Positions 8,209 through 15,975 of a stretch of DNA of 24,000 bases are shown here, one piece after another. This DNA is from Tunturiibacter phage Tunturi_3. Made by a program: the position numbers and the translations under genes. Location of the stretch: the sequence record PP885686.1; one strand, written 5' to 3'. Under the pieces are notes generated by a model. That model was not told the DNA's origin and searched no databases. It was given only the letters and a program-made list of their open reading frames with translations. The first letter of the stretch is position 1. Each line of letters opens with the position of its first letter.

Positions 8209-9373
8209 CTTTCCTCCTCAGCACTCCTACCAGAAGATCGATATCCTCGGAGGGTACCGGCTTCGTCTTGGCTTGTTTCTTGTCCAACCTAGCCTGTACC
8301 TTGGCCGCTTCTTTGGCCGTACGTGCCTCTAGGCGCTCTTGGTCCCGCGTAGCCCTACGTTCGGCCTTTGCCTGCTCTTCCGCAGCCACCTTGACCGCCC
8401 TGAGCGCGTCCTTCTCTGCTTTTAGAGCAACCCTCAGGTCGTCCTTACGGGCTTTCAGGTCCACTTCGATGTCAGCTACCGTCCGGGTCAGGTCCAACGC
8501 CTGTTTGAAGCCTGCGAAGTGCTTGGCGAACAGGTGCTCCTCGACGTGCCACGGCTCAACCTCTCCGTCTTCCTTGCCCAGCCTGATAACCCAGCGGTCA
8601 GTGGCTACTGGATAGCCTCCTAGGGTACCGTTCATCCTGCACTCGTAGTCAGTCTGTTCATTGTAGGCCTGCATGTACGCCGCCGTCTGGAGAAGATAAT
8701 CGAGGTACAGATAGTTCGAGGTCTTCCAGTCGGCAATGGTCAGTCGGTCCTTGAACGGGTTGGGACAGCACTTAGGGTTGTCGCAGGAGTCGCACGTACA
8801 GAGACCATCCATGGTTCCTGCATACTTGTACTTTCGTGAGTAGATCTTCCGCTCAGTCAAGTGCCAACGTACGTTGTGCGCCTTCATCCATCCCAAAGCA
8901 GCTTCACAGGCATTCTTAGCCCGTTCGTCTGATGGCATGTTGGCTCGGTGCTTAGCCCGACCCTCTACGTCCTTCGCGATTGTGAACTTGATGTACTGCT
9001 CGATCCAGTCGTGGGCAATACTTCCTACGTTGCCTGCTTCTTCGAGCTTTTCCTTGTGGGCAGTCTTCCCTTTCGCTATCCATTCTTCCATCTCAGCTTC
9101 GGTCATTACAACCGTACCGCCAACCTTGGCACCGGGCACAGTGATGAGAAGCTTCTGTTGCATCATCTTGCATCCCCACGGCACTAGCGCCGGAGACTTA
9201 TCGATAATGTGTACAACGGTAGTGACACCATCCTGTCTTTCTTCGTCCCCCTCAGGGCTCAATAGGTAGTAGACGTGCTCTTTATCGTAGTACCGGAGAG
9301 TCACTTCTCCGTTATAGAACTTGTACTCTTCAGAGACACCGCCAAACTGGGTGATAAACTTTTCTAAATCCAC
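8195..9373 (-). CDS. PD-(D/E)XK nuclease (RecB/Cas4-like)
   Basis: YAGTMDGLC...LTIADWKTSNYLYLDYLLQTAAYMQAY: D-(x)n-DxK plus QxxxY signature; GTG start. Confidence 0.85.
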   Translation of the reverse strand: MDLEKFITQFGGVSEEYKFYNGEVTLRYYDKEHVYYLLSPEGDEERQDGVTTVVHIIDKSPALVPWGCKMMQQKLLITVPGAKVGGTVVMTEAEMEEWIAKGKTAHKEKLEEAGNVGSIAHDWIEQYIKFTIAKDVEGRAKHRANMPSDERAKNACEAALGWMKAHNVRWHLTERKIYSRKYKYAGTMDGLCTCDSCDNPKCCPNPFKDRLTIADWKTSNYLYLDYLLQTAAYMQAYNEQTDYECRMNGTLGGYPVATDRWVIRLGKEDGEVEPWHVEEHLFAKHFAGFKQALDLTRTVADIEVDLKARKDDLRVALKAEKDALRAVKVAAEEQAKAERRATRDQERLEARTAKEAAKVQARLDKKQAKTKPVPSEDIDLLVGVLRRKDVTG

Positions 9374-9380
9374 TTCCCTT

Positions 9381-9409
9381 ATAATATCACAGATTCTTTA
9401 CTTTGTCAA
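9381..9409 (-). promoter_or_regulatory. promoter TTGACA-N17-TATTAT, extended -10 (TGTGATATTAT), predicting a 0-1 nt leader for the nuclease gene
   Basis: -35 at 9404-9409, -10 at 9381-9386; GTG start at 9373. Confidence 0.7.
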
Positions 9410-9957
9410 TGCCTAATTTTTTCCACATACTCCTTGGTGTAGTAGCGGACAATTCCTTTTTGCTTGATGGACATCACGCCGGGCAGGTTGTTTAGACGAT
9501 ACATAAAAGGTCCCGCCGCGCTACCTTTGTATCCCATGACTTTGTTTATCCTGTAAGCAGACATTCCCTGATCTTCAGATATAACCCTCAGTGCTTTGGC
9601 GTCGGTCCACACCCCGTTCTTGTTGTCCGAGTCCTTGAATGCTTGGATCTCTTGTTTGCTGAAGACAGGAAGATCGTCAGATGTCTTTGGTGGGAGAGCT
9701 ACATAGTAGATGGAGGGTCTGTTTCCTGTTGGCACTCGCTTGACTTCCTTGAAGTCTTCTCCATGCAGGATTCGGTAGACTCCCTCTTTGGGGATGCCCG
9801 TTGCGTAGGCTATTTGCTGAGCATTGACTACGGGGTGTTTCGTCACGTAGTCATATACGGTAGCGTACCGCTCTCGACCAATGATTGCCGTGGATCGTGG
9901 CGGTGATGGCAGGTTCAGGGTAATGGGTGCGTTGTTGAAAAACATTCCTCTCCTCAA
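9406..9957 (-). CDS. hypothetical protein with probable winged-helix/HTH regions
   Basis: RYATVYDYVTKHPVVNAQQIAYATGIPKEGVYRIL is helix-turn-helix-like. Confidence 0.65.
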   Translation of the reverse strand: MRRGMFFNNAPITLNLPSPPRSTAIIGRERYATVYDYVTKHPVVNAQQIAYATGIPKEGVYRILHGEDFKEVKRVPTGNRPSIYYVALPPKTSDDLPVFSKQEIQAFKDSDNKNGVWTDAKALRVISEDQGMSAYRINKVMGYKGSAAGPFMYRLNNLPGVMSIKQKGIVRYYTKEYVEKIRH

Positions 9958-9980
9958 AGTACTACAACCGCCGAAGGGGA

Positions 9981-10193
9981 TTACCCCTCCAGCGGGATGC
10001 CAAATACCACATGCTCTGCTAAAACGCCCACAGCAAGTTCATGTGCCTGATGGATTACCGTTAGGTGAACACTGAAATACGACTCCAGTATGTACGTCGA
10101 TGCGACCAACGTGGCGAGCAAGATGACCTTACGCTCTAGGTACTTCTCCCAGTGGATCTTAGGTGGTCGCAAATGCGGAGTTGGAACATGCAT
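9981..10193 (-). CDS. hypothetical small membrane-associated protein
   Basis: ORF track; hydrophobic VILLATLVASTYILE. Confidence 0.4.
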   Translation of the reverse strand: MHVPTPHLRPPKIHWEKYLERKVILLATLVASTYILESYFSVHLTVIHQAHELAVGVLAEHVVFGIPLEG

Positions 10194-10208
10194 TATACCT
10201 CCTTCCTA

Positions 10209-10418
10209 CTACTTTAGTACTTCCACGATAGGAATCTCCACATTCTCTACCGGGATCTTTACATCTCTTCCATGGAAGCGTTCTATGGTAGCAACCTTCC
10301 CGCCCTTTATCGAGCGCAGATAACCGTGATACCATCCGTCGTCGTAATACCTGACGTATGTGCCGATGGCCGGGAAACCGGCTGGTAACGGCACAACCGG
10401 TTTCCTCTTACCACCCAT
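10209..10418 (-). CDS. hypothetical protein, 69 aa
   Basis: FPAIGTYVRYYDDGWYHGYLRSIKGGKVATIE resembles a small SH3-like beta-barrel. Confidence 0.5.
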   Translation of the reverse strand: MGGKRKPVVPLPAGFPAIGTYVRYYDDGWYHGYLRSIKGGKVATIERFHGRDVKIPVENVEIPIVEVLK

Positions 10419-10431
10419 GTGTCCTTCTTTC

Positions 10432-10662
10432 TTACTGCTGTGTCAGTGTAACGTCAGCGCCTTCGCCCAGAACGATGTAGACGTCGTGAGACCCAAACGC
10501 GTTCTCGGAGTAAACATGGCCCGTCGTTAGATCGGTACCATGGTGCCCATCGTCTGACTTCAGATACAAGTCAGAACCGCCAGTCCCTTTGAACAACTTC
10601 CGGTTGCCTATCTTGTCGAAGGGCACTCCGATGGTTGGTTTTGCAATAGTTACCTTAGGCAT
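10432..10662 (-). CDS. hypothetical protein, 76 aa
   Basis: ORF track. Confidence 0.5.
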   Translation of the reverse strand: MPKVTIAKPTIGVPFDKIGNRKLFKGTGGSDLYLKSDDGHHGTDLTTGHVYSENAFGSHDVYIVLGEGADVTLTQQ

Positions 10663-10674
10663 TACTGGCCTCCT

Positions 10675-11145
10675 TTAGACCTTGGTGCGATGCTTCTTGT
10701 TGAACTTGTCCAACCGGCGAAGGTTGATGACCGGAGCAGCCTGAGCGTCAGCAACAAACGTCTGCTTGATCTCTTTCCAAGGCGCATGTCCTACGGGCTT
10801 CTTGGCCGGTACGACAGCTACAGGGACACTCTTCTGTCTCTGCTTAGCCTTGAACTCTGCTTGCTTGCGTTGGAACTCACGCTGCTTCGCCTGCTTGTCT
10901 GCACTGCTGAGTGCAGGCTTGCCCAGATTCATCCCCACGAACGGTGTGTAGCTAAAGTGCCCACCAGTCTCATGATTCTTCTGTGCGATGCGCCAGCCTT
11001 GCTGCCACTGGGACCGCTCTGGATGCTGCGTGTATGGAGGGGACAACGGTTGAGGTTTGCGGTTCATTCCGAAGAAGCCAATGCTCGGGGCTGCGTAGTA
11101 GGCGTCGTAACCAGCCTTGGTTGCTGCAGGGTAGTTGCTATTCAA
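10675..11145 (-). CDS. hypothetical protein, 156 aa
   Basis: ORF track; sigma70-like TTGACA near 11201 upstream. Confidence 0.6.
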   Translation of the reverse strand: MNSNYPAATKAGYDAYYAAPSIGFFGMNRKPQPLSPPYTQHPERSQWQQGWRIAQKNHETGGHFSYTPFVGMNLGKPALSSADKQAKQREFQRKQAEFKAKQRQKSVPVAVVPAKKPVGHAPWKEIKQTFVADAQAAPVINLRRLDKFNKKHRTKV

Positions 11146-11241
11146 TTAGGTGTTTCCTTGTGTTCGTTCGAGCTACGGGTGGTCTCCAAGGAGCCTTTCC
11201 GTTTGGTACTTTCTTACCTTACCACACTTGAGGAGGGTTTG

Positions 11242-11469
11242 TCAACCCTTTCCTTTATTTGGTTCGAAATAACTAATCTGACCCTTAGCTGCTATCTGCG
11301 CGTCGATCTTAGCCCGGTGGACAGCGATGCTCCACTCGTAGTCGAAGGGATCGTTCTTCAAGGAGGACTCAGCATCCCGTTTCAATTGGATACGCGTACC
11401 CTGCATCAAGCCAGTAACGTAGGCGGCAACCATTCCAGCGATAACAACCAGCGGTATATAATCATGCAT
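11242..11469 (-). CDS. small membrane protein, 75 aa
   Basis: MHDYIPLVVIAGMVAAYVTGLMQG N-terminal hydrophobic helix. Confidence 0.55.
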   Translation of the reverse strand: MHDYIPLVVIAGMVAAYVTGLMQGTRIQLKRDAESSLKNDPFDYEWSIAVHRAKIDAQIAAKGQISYFEPNKGKG

Positions 11470-12017
11470 TACGTCCTTCCTCCCATCGCCTTAGCGAAGC
11501 TGTTCATTGCGTCGTCCTGAGCTATCCGCGTGTAGAAGCCAGTAGACGACAGGCTCTTATGTCCCAGCACCGACCGCATTACCTCGATGCCCTGTCCCGC
11601 CTGTATCCCATGCATAGCACAAGTGTGCTTCAAAGCATGTGGATGCATGCGCTTACGATTCAACCCAGTGCTCTCCGCGATCTCGGCCATGATTTGTTGG
11701 ACACGGCGCTGCTTCAGCGGGAACACATTGGAGTCCAGAGCAGTACGCTTGGCTAGTTCTGCCAGCGGCTTGGACTCATCCAGTTCAGGGTCATTGCTCA
11801 CTACGTATGGTTGTACGGTGTGCTCCGAACCCTTGAGACGGAACACATCGACGTATCCGTGCTGGATTTGTTTGCCCTTCAGCCCTTTGGGACCGAACAC
11901 TTCGGATAGCCTGAGGCCATGCCAGTACATGACCAAGAATGCGGTTCGTAGTTCTGGGTGAGTCTCAGGGACCCCTTGTAAGAGCGTCTTCAGTTCGTTC
12001 ATGGCTAGGTATTTCAT
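11469..12017 (-). CDS. tyrosine recombinase/integrase, catalytic domain only
   Basis: HGLRLSEVFG (Arg I), HPHALKHT (HxxR box with K replacing R), LGHKSLSSTGFYTR (GH...Y). Confidence 0.85.
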   Translation of the reverse strand: MKYLAMNELKTLLQGVPETHPELRTAFLVMYWHGLRLSEVFGPKGLKGKQIQHGYVDVFRLKGSEHTVQPYVVSNDPELDESKPLAELAKRTALDSNVFPLKQRRVQQIMAEIAESTGLNRKRMHPHALKHTCAMHGIQAGQGIEVMRSVLGHKSLSSTGFYTRIAQDDAMNSFAKAMGGRT

Positions 12018-12023
12018 ATCCCA

Positions 12024-12052
12024 ATAGTATAGCAGTTGCGCTTTACTGTCAA
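12024..12052 (-). promoter_or_regulatory. promoter TTGACA-N17-TACTAT, predicted +1 at the A of the recombinase ATG
   Basis: -35 at 12047-12052, -10 at 12024-12029, ATG at 12017. Confidence 0.7.
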
Positions 12053-12158
12053 GCTAATTTTCCGGGTCAATACGTCGGCCTTTCTCAAGGGTGTGACTCC
12101 TCCCGATGTCGCGATAGACACCGACCGATGGCATTATCTTAGGGTCTAGCCGGTTTCG

Positions 12159-12377
12159 CTATGTCAGTATGCTAAGCACAATCAGGATCTTTACAACAAT
12201 CGCCGTGATGACTGACAGGTCACCAGTGACAACGGTGAGGAGAATGGCCCAGAGTACCGGGACAGTCTTGTGGACGGTGTGGAGCAGGGTGTAGTTCACA
12301 CACCACTGTCCTAGCCAGATGCTGAAGCCCACCAGAGTGAGCCACACGAGGATGCCGAACGCACTTAGAAACTTCAT
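12159..12377 (-). CDS. membrane protein, 72 aa
   Basis: Two hydrophobic segments. Confidence 0.55.
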   Translation of the reverse strand: MKFLSAFGILVWLTLVGFSIWLGQWCVNYTLLHTVHKTVPVLWAILLTVVTGDLSVITAIVVKILIVLSILT

Positions 12378-12724
12378 GCTACCTGCTTTCTCGACTTGGG
12401 AACCGTGAACGGTACCGGCTGGTCGATGGGGTGGTACTGAGGATCGGCAAGCTTGAGCTTTCTGATCTGCTCACCACTGACGTAGTTGTAGGAGTACCCG
12501 GCATCCTCTTGTTCAAAGGACTGCATGATCGGATGTCCCGTTTCGTGGAAGTGACGGGTAGCGTGTTGGTTAGGGGAACTGTCGCAGCAGCCCACATGCC
12601 CACACTCAGCGCAGCGCCGAAGGTGCAGCCACCAGCCTTTGCCGGATGCTAAGCACTCTACACAACCCGTACCGCTCGGCTTTACGTCCGGGTTGATGCC
12701 GCTAGACGAGATCGACGTCTTCAT
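12374..12724 (-). CDS. UBP-type (ZnF_UBP) zinc-finger protein
   Basis: GCVECLASGKGWWLHLRRCAECGHVGCCDSSPNQHATRHFHETGHPIMQSFEQ. Confidence 0.85.
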   Translation of the reverse strand: MKTSISSSGINPDVKPSGTGCVECLASGKGWWLHLRRCAECGHVGCCDSSPNQHATRHFHETGHPIMQSFEQEDAGYSYNYVSGEQIRKLKLADPQYHPIDQPVPFTVPKSRKQVA

Positions 12725-12836
12725 CTTTAGGCCCCTCTTCCTGAGTCTGAACTGGACCGCCTTCGTTTTCCCAGCGGTTCAGGTCGTGCTCATCATCGCG
12801 ATAACCATCGCGCCTGAATTCATCGTAAGCGCACAT
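12702..12836 (-). CDS. acidic 44-aa protein (MCAYDEFRRDGYRDDEHDLNRWENEGGPVQTQEEGPKDEDVDLV)
   Basis: Hand translation; TGATG-type overlap with the upstream gene. Confidence 0.45.
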   Translation of the reverse strand: MCAYDEFRRDGYRDDEHDLNRWENEGGPVQTQEEGPKDEDVDLV

Positions 12837-13018
12837 CACTTGCTCCTGTGTCGAAGTCGGCTCATGGTGAGAACCGCTATGTAGAGTATAACACCCCAGA
12901 GGTAAATCTGCTCTGGAATCTTTGGATCTATGTTGGCGGGGAATACTATCTCACCCACGCCTACCACGAATATGAACCAGACTACGGCCCACACAAATAC
13001 GGCAGTGATAAAACGCAT
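12836..13018 (-). CDS. membrane protein, 60 aa
   Basis: Two hydrophobic helices. Confidence 0.5.
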   Translation of the reverse strand: MRFITAVFVWAVVWFIFVVGVGEIVFPANIDPKIPEQIYLWGVILYIAVLTMSRLRHRSK

Positions 13019-13026
13019 CGTTGCTC

Positions 13027-13311
13027 CTAGAAAAAGGGATCAGGGAGCTTGTTCTTGAAGTGAATATTGCTGCATCCCTGTGATTCGAGTTTGAAAAAGA
13101 TCTCAGTCAACTGAGTGTTGAGGGCATCCTGTCGAGCGGCATCTACCGACTCGTACTCAGACTCCTCATCCTCCGCTGGCTTTGGTGGGCAACGTACGAA
13201 GAAGGTGGCGTGAACTTCCTCTCCGCTGGAGTCACGGTACATGAACTGTCCCGCTTCCTCCAATATGATTCGCTGGGGTTCCTCACACACGAGGCAGTCG
13301 ATTACTCTCAT
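13027..13311 (-). CDS. hypothetical protein, 94 aa
   Basis: ORF track; ATG overlaps the neighbouring stop. Confidence 0.55.
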   Translation of the reverse strand: MRVIDCLVCEEPQRIILEEAGQFMYRDSSGEEVHATFFVRCPPKPAEDEESEYESVDAARQDALNTQLTEIFFKLESQGCSNIHFKNKLPDPFF

Positions 13312-13865
13312 CGCAGCAGCGCCTCAAACGCATCGCTGCCAAACATGGACTTCTCCGCTGCGTCTTCAATGGCCTTGCGCTTGTTCTTGTCGAAGGTGCT
13401 GTCATCGTAAAGCTTGGGAAGCTTGGTGATTTCGACAATGGCCGAAGGGGGAATGGACTGGTGGCAGATGAATCCATAGGAGACATCGTTCGGGTCCTCT
13501 TCCAGATCAATGCTAGTTGTGTCGATCTGGACGGTGAGGAGGATGGGGAGCGTATGCAGTACGGGAGCATCGCTGTCCTTGGACAAGAACAGGTACTCGC
13601 CATCTGCCTTCTGCTTCGCAGTCTCGTACATCATGAAACACTCGCCGGGCTGTCGCTGGAAGTAGTCGGCTCTGGTCTGAGCGTACTCGACCGCGTGTGC
13701 CTTCTGCTTGGTGAAATACACACCGACGGCTTTATCCTCATTGGGAACCATGTCCCCGTACTTGGCGAAGTGGATCTTCCAAGCATGAGCAGCCTCGATC
13801 TTCAGCCCTTCCTTTTTGATGCTAGGAAGGAACGCTTGCACAGTTCCGTGATAGAGCAATGCCAT
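13308..13865 (-). CDS. putative ADP-ribosyltransferase-fold protein
   Basis: LLYHGTVQAFLPSIKKEGLK ... VGVYFTKQKAHAVEYAQTRAD fits the H-[GA]-T / [VL]Y[FL]T...A..YA pattern of ART-like enzymes. Confidence 0.5.
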   Translation of the reverse strand: MALLYHGTVQAFLPSIKKEGLKIEAAHAWKIHFAKYGDMVPNEDKAVGVYFTKQKAHAVEYAQTRADYFQRQPGECFMMYETAKQKADGEYLFLSKDSDAPVLHTLPILLTVQIDTTSIDLEEDPNDVSYGFICHQSIPPSAIVEITKLPKLYDDSTFDKNKRKAIEDAAEKSMFGSDAFEALLR

Positions 13866-13866
13866 G

Positions 13867-14052
13867 TTACACTAACCCCCTGAGTTTGTGCAGGTCGTAA
13901 CTGCCTTGGCACTTGCACTCGCCATTGTGAAAGTAGATCATGGTGAACGGTCGGCTGTTCCAGCTTGCTGCCATCGCCGCCTCATGAGCTTCGTTGTGGT
14001 TAGGGAACCGCTGGTCAAAGTCGTGTCCCGCTACGTCTTCAGGTACTCGCAT
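13867..14052 (-). CDS. hypothetical protein, 61 aa
   Basis: ORF track; AGGA before ATG. Confidence 0.5.
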   Translation of the reverse strand: MRVPEDVAGHDFDQRFPNHNEAHEAAMAASWNSRPFTMIYFHNGECKCQGSYDLHKLRGLV

Positions 14053-14071
14053 AACTTGTCCTCATGAAGAG

Positions 14072-14100
14072 ATACTACTACAGTCAATCCGCTGAGTCAA
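14072..14100 (-). promoter_or_regulatory. promoter TTGACT-N17-TAGTAT overlapping the end of the 14084-14464 gene
   Basis: -35 at 14095-14100, -10 at 14072-14077. Confidence 0.5.
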
Positions 14101-14464
14101 CGATTATTTGACCGTTCTTTATGGTACCCTTTACATCCCAGATGTTGAACTCGCCCTTCTGGGCGATCTTGCCGTCCTTCTTGAGGGGCAGACCTTTCGC
14201 CTTGACTACGAACTCGTCGCCCCCAACAGGAAAGGTACGGAACTCTAGCCACATACGCGTAACTTGGTAGACCCGGTATGGGTCGTCTTTCCTTGCGGAG
14301 GACATGAGACCTCCAGCAATGTACGTCTCTTTGGATGCGAACTTGCCTCCAACACGCAGGCCGCTCTGAGCGATCTCCTCGTCTTCTAGCTGCTTCCACG
14401 CTAGGTCCCTCGTCCGCTGAGCTTCCATGTAAGCCTTGCGCAGTGCCTGTATCGTGTCACTCAT
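14084..14464 (-). CDS. hypothetical protein, 126 aa
   Basis: ORF track. Confidence 0.65.
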   Translation of the reverse strand: MSDTIQALRKAYMEAQRTRDLAWKQLEDEEIAQSGLRVGGKFASKETYIAGGLMSSARKDDPYRVYQVTRMWLEFRTFPVGGDEFVVKAKGLPLKKDGKIAQKGEFNIWDVKGTIKNGQIIVDSAD

Positions 14465-14557
14465 TTACTGTATCCTCGTTCCTACGTACAGCATCCACCA
14501 GCATGCTGCTGTTACTGTCAGGAGTACACCTACTATGCATCGGTTCTTCATGCTCAT
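14465..14557 (-). CDS. 30-aa membrane peptide (MSMKNRCIVGVLLTVTAACWWMLYVGTRIQ)
   Basis: Hand translation; TAA directly abuts the next ATG; one hydrophobic helix; GGTGAGG upstream. Confidence 0.4.
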   Translation of the reverse strand: MSMKNRCIVGVLLTVTAACWWMLYVGTRIQ

Positions 14558-14640
14558 AGCCTCACCGCTGAATCTAAAGTGTGCCGGGGGATAATCACTC
14601 CCCCGGACTTGTCGTCACTGAGTACTGCTGAGGTGCTAGC

Positions 14641-14814
14641 TTAGACTTCGCCCAGACCGAGGCTCTGGAGCAACGCTTCGCAGAACTCTTCTTCGCTGGC
14701 GAACTGCGTTGGGTTGGGGAGAGGGGTGGATGCCGGGGTACGGGCCTGAACTGCCTGACCAATGATGGCGCGGGTGTTGCGTACTGCGTTCGGGTGAAAA
14801 GCTGTGCTTGCCAT
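14641..14814 (-). CDS. 57-aa protein (MASTAFHPNAVRNTRAIIGQAVQARTPASTPLPNPTQFASEEEFCEALLQSLGLGEV)
   Basis: Hand translation; strong SD AGGAGGGCAAAGACAATGG shared exactly with the 15338 gene. Confidence 0.65.
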   Translation of the reverse strand: MASTAFHPNAVRNTRAIIGQAVQARTPASTPLPNPTQFASEEEFCEALLQSLGLGEV

Positions 14815-14909
14815 TGTCTTTGCCCTCCTAGGGCGAGTGTGCTTGGTTGGGGTTGAGGTTAGGAGGCCGGTATCATCCTGTGACCCGGCCTCGTGTGGGA
14901 GTGCTCAGA

Positions 14910-15338
14910 CTACTCGCAGTCGTCCTCGTCTTCGTCGTCCTCGTCATCATCGCCGTAGTCGTCGTCCTCGTCTTCAAGGATCTCGTCTTCATCTTCCTCG
15001 TCTTCCTCGTCTTCCGAGGAGGAGAACTCGCCAAGGGGACCGTCATCACCGACAGGCTCCATCGCTCCGCTGGTGGTGCGAGACCCTTCAATGCCGCCCT
15101 CAAGCTGTTCGATCAACTGCTCCAGAGCCTGCTCGCCGTCGATCTGGGTGCTAGTGGAGTAGCCCGGACCCGCGAGTCCGACCTTGCCGCCTGTGGCCTT
15201 GATTGCCGCTGTGCGCTTCGTAGACTTCGCTGTCTTGGAAGCTGCTGCCATCGCCGCGATCTTCTTCGCTGGAGTCTTGCCGACTGCCTTGGTCTTGGTA
15301 GACTGCGCTGCTGCTTTGAGACCCTTCTTGACTGCCAT
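14910..15338 (-). CDS. bipolar low-complexity protein: K/A-rich basic N-terminus, D/E-rich C-terminus
   Basis: MAVKKGLKAAAQSTKTKAVGKTPAKK...SSSEDEEDEEDEDEILEDEDDDYGDDDEDDEDEDDCE. Confidence 0.7.
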   Translation of the reverse strand: MAVKKGLKAAAQSTKTKAVGKTPAKKIAAMAAASKTAKSTKRTAAIKATGGKVGLAGPGYSTSTQIDGEQALEQLIEQLEGGIEGSRTTSGAMEPVGDDGPLGEFSSSEDEEDEEDEDEILEDEDDDYGDDDEDDEDEDDCE

Positions 15339-15411
15339 TGTCTTTGCCCTCCTTGGGCTGGTTAGAGGTTTAGGTCAGGCTCCGCTGGTGTTAGCTTGCG
15401 AGCAAGGAAAC

Positions 15412-15945
15412 TTAGTTGCCCGAGTAAGACTCTCCGGCCTGCTGCGCCGTGACTGGCTCGGTCTTAGGTGGAGACTGCAGTTCGAACAGCCCCTCCGGTT
15501 CAGCTTCGATGGTATCAGCGATCTGACTGAACGTCAACCCATACCTGTCGTTGTCTCTGGCTAGAGAAGCCTGTTCCTTGATAGGAGCAGGGGGTCCGTA
15601 TGTTCCGATGTGGCTGCGGAAGCCGAAATAGTTGCGCACCGAGTACGGCAGACTGCCAGTGTCTCCGTCGTAATTCAGCGCAGCCTCTTCGTGTGCAGGA
15701 CCACCGTAGACGGGGGTGGTTAGATCGTCGGGAATCTGGGTGGTGGTCGGTGCGGGGGTATTTACGATACCCACCTCCACTCCGATGTCGCAGGCTACAC
15801 CGAGACAGCACCGAGACCCGTCTGGATCTCCAAGCTTGCCCTTGGTCTGTTTGATCTCTCCGCTGCGTAAACGACGGACAAGTTCCTGCCGTGCCTGAAC
15901 CTGCTGTGGTGTTGCGAACTCTATTACTACTGGTGTCTCTGACAT
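15412..15945 (-). CDS. hypothetical phage protein with RCCLGVACD motif
   Basis: ORF with GAGGAGG ribosome binding site. Confidence 0.7.
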   Translation of the reverse strand: MSETPVVIEFATPQQVQARQELVRRLRSGEIKQTKGKLGDPDGSRCCLGVACDIGVEVGIVNTPAPTTTQIPDDLTTPVYGGPAHEEAALNYDGDTGSLPYSVRNYFGFRSHIGTYGPPAPIKEQASLARDNDRYGLTFSQIADTIEAEPEGLFELQSPPKTEPVTAQQAGESYSGN

Positions 15946-15975
15946 GTTCCCTCCTCAGGGATACTGCTAAACTGG

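Noticed and set aside
10690-11520. 276-aa + strand ORF
   Set aside because: Antisense to the well-packed 10675-11145 and 11242-11469 minus-strand genes; no recognisable motifs.
14052-14065. Leaderless 8-codon ORF (MRTSYAST*) starting at the predicted +1 at 14065
   Set aside because: Too short to support; the AGGA within it is more simply the SD of the 13867-14052 gene.
14936-15030. Possible tandem DNA repeat (cgtcctcgtcttcgtcgtcctcgtcatc...)
   Set aside because: Explained by Asp/Glu codon runs in the acidic tail; no regular unit length.
14804-15365. + strand ORFs of 116 and 172 aa rich in V/L/F/R
   Set aside because: Mirror of the acidic D/E low-complexity tail (gtcctcgtc repeats) on the minus strand; compositional artefact.
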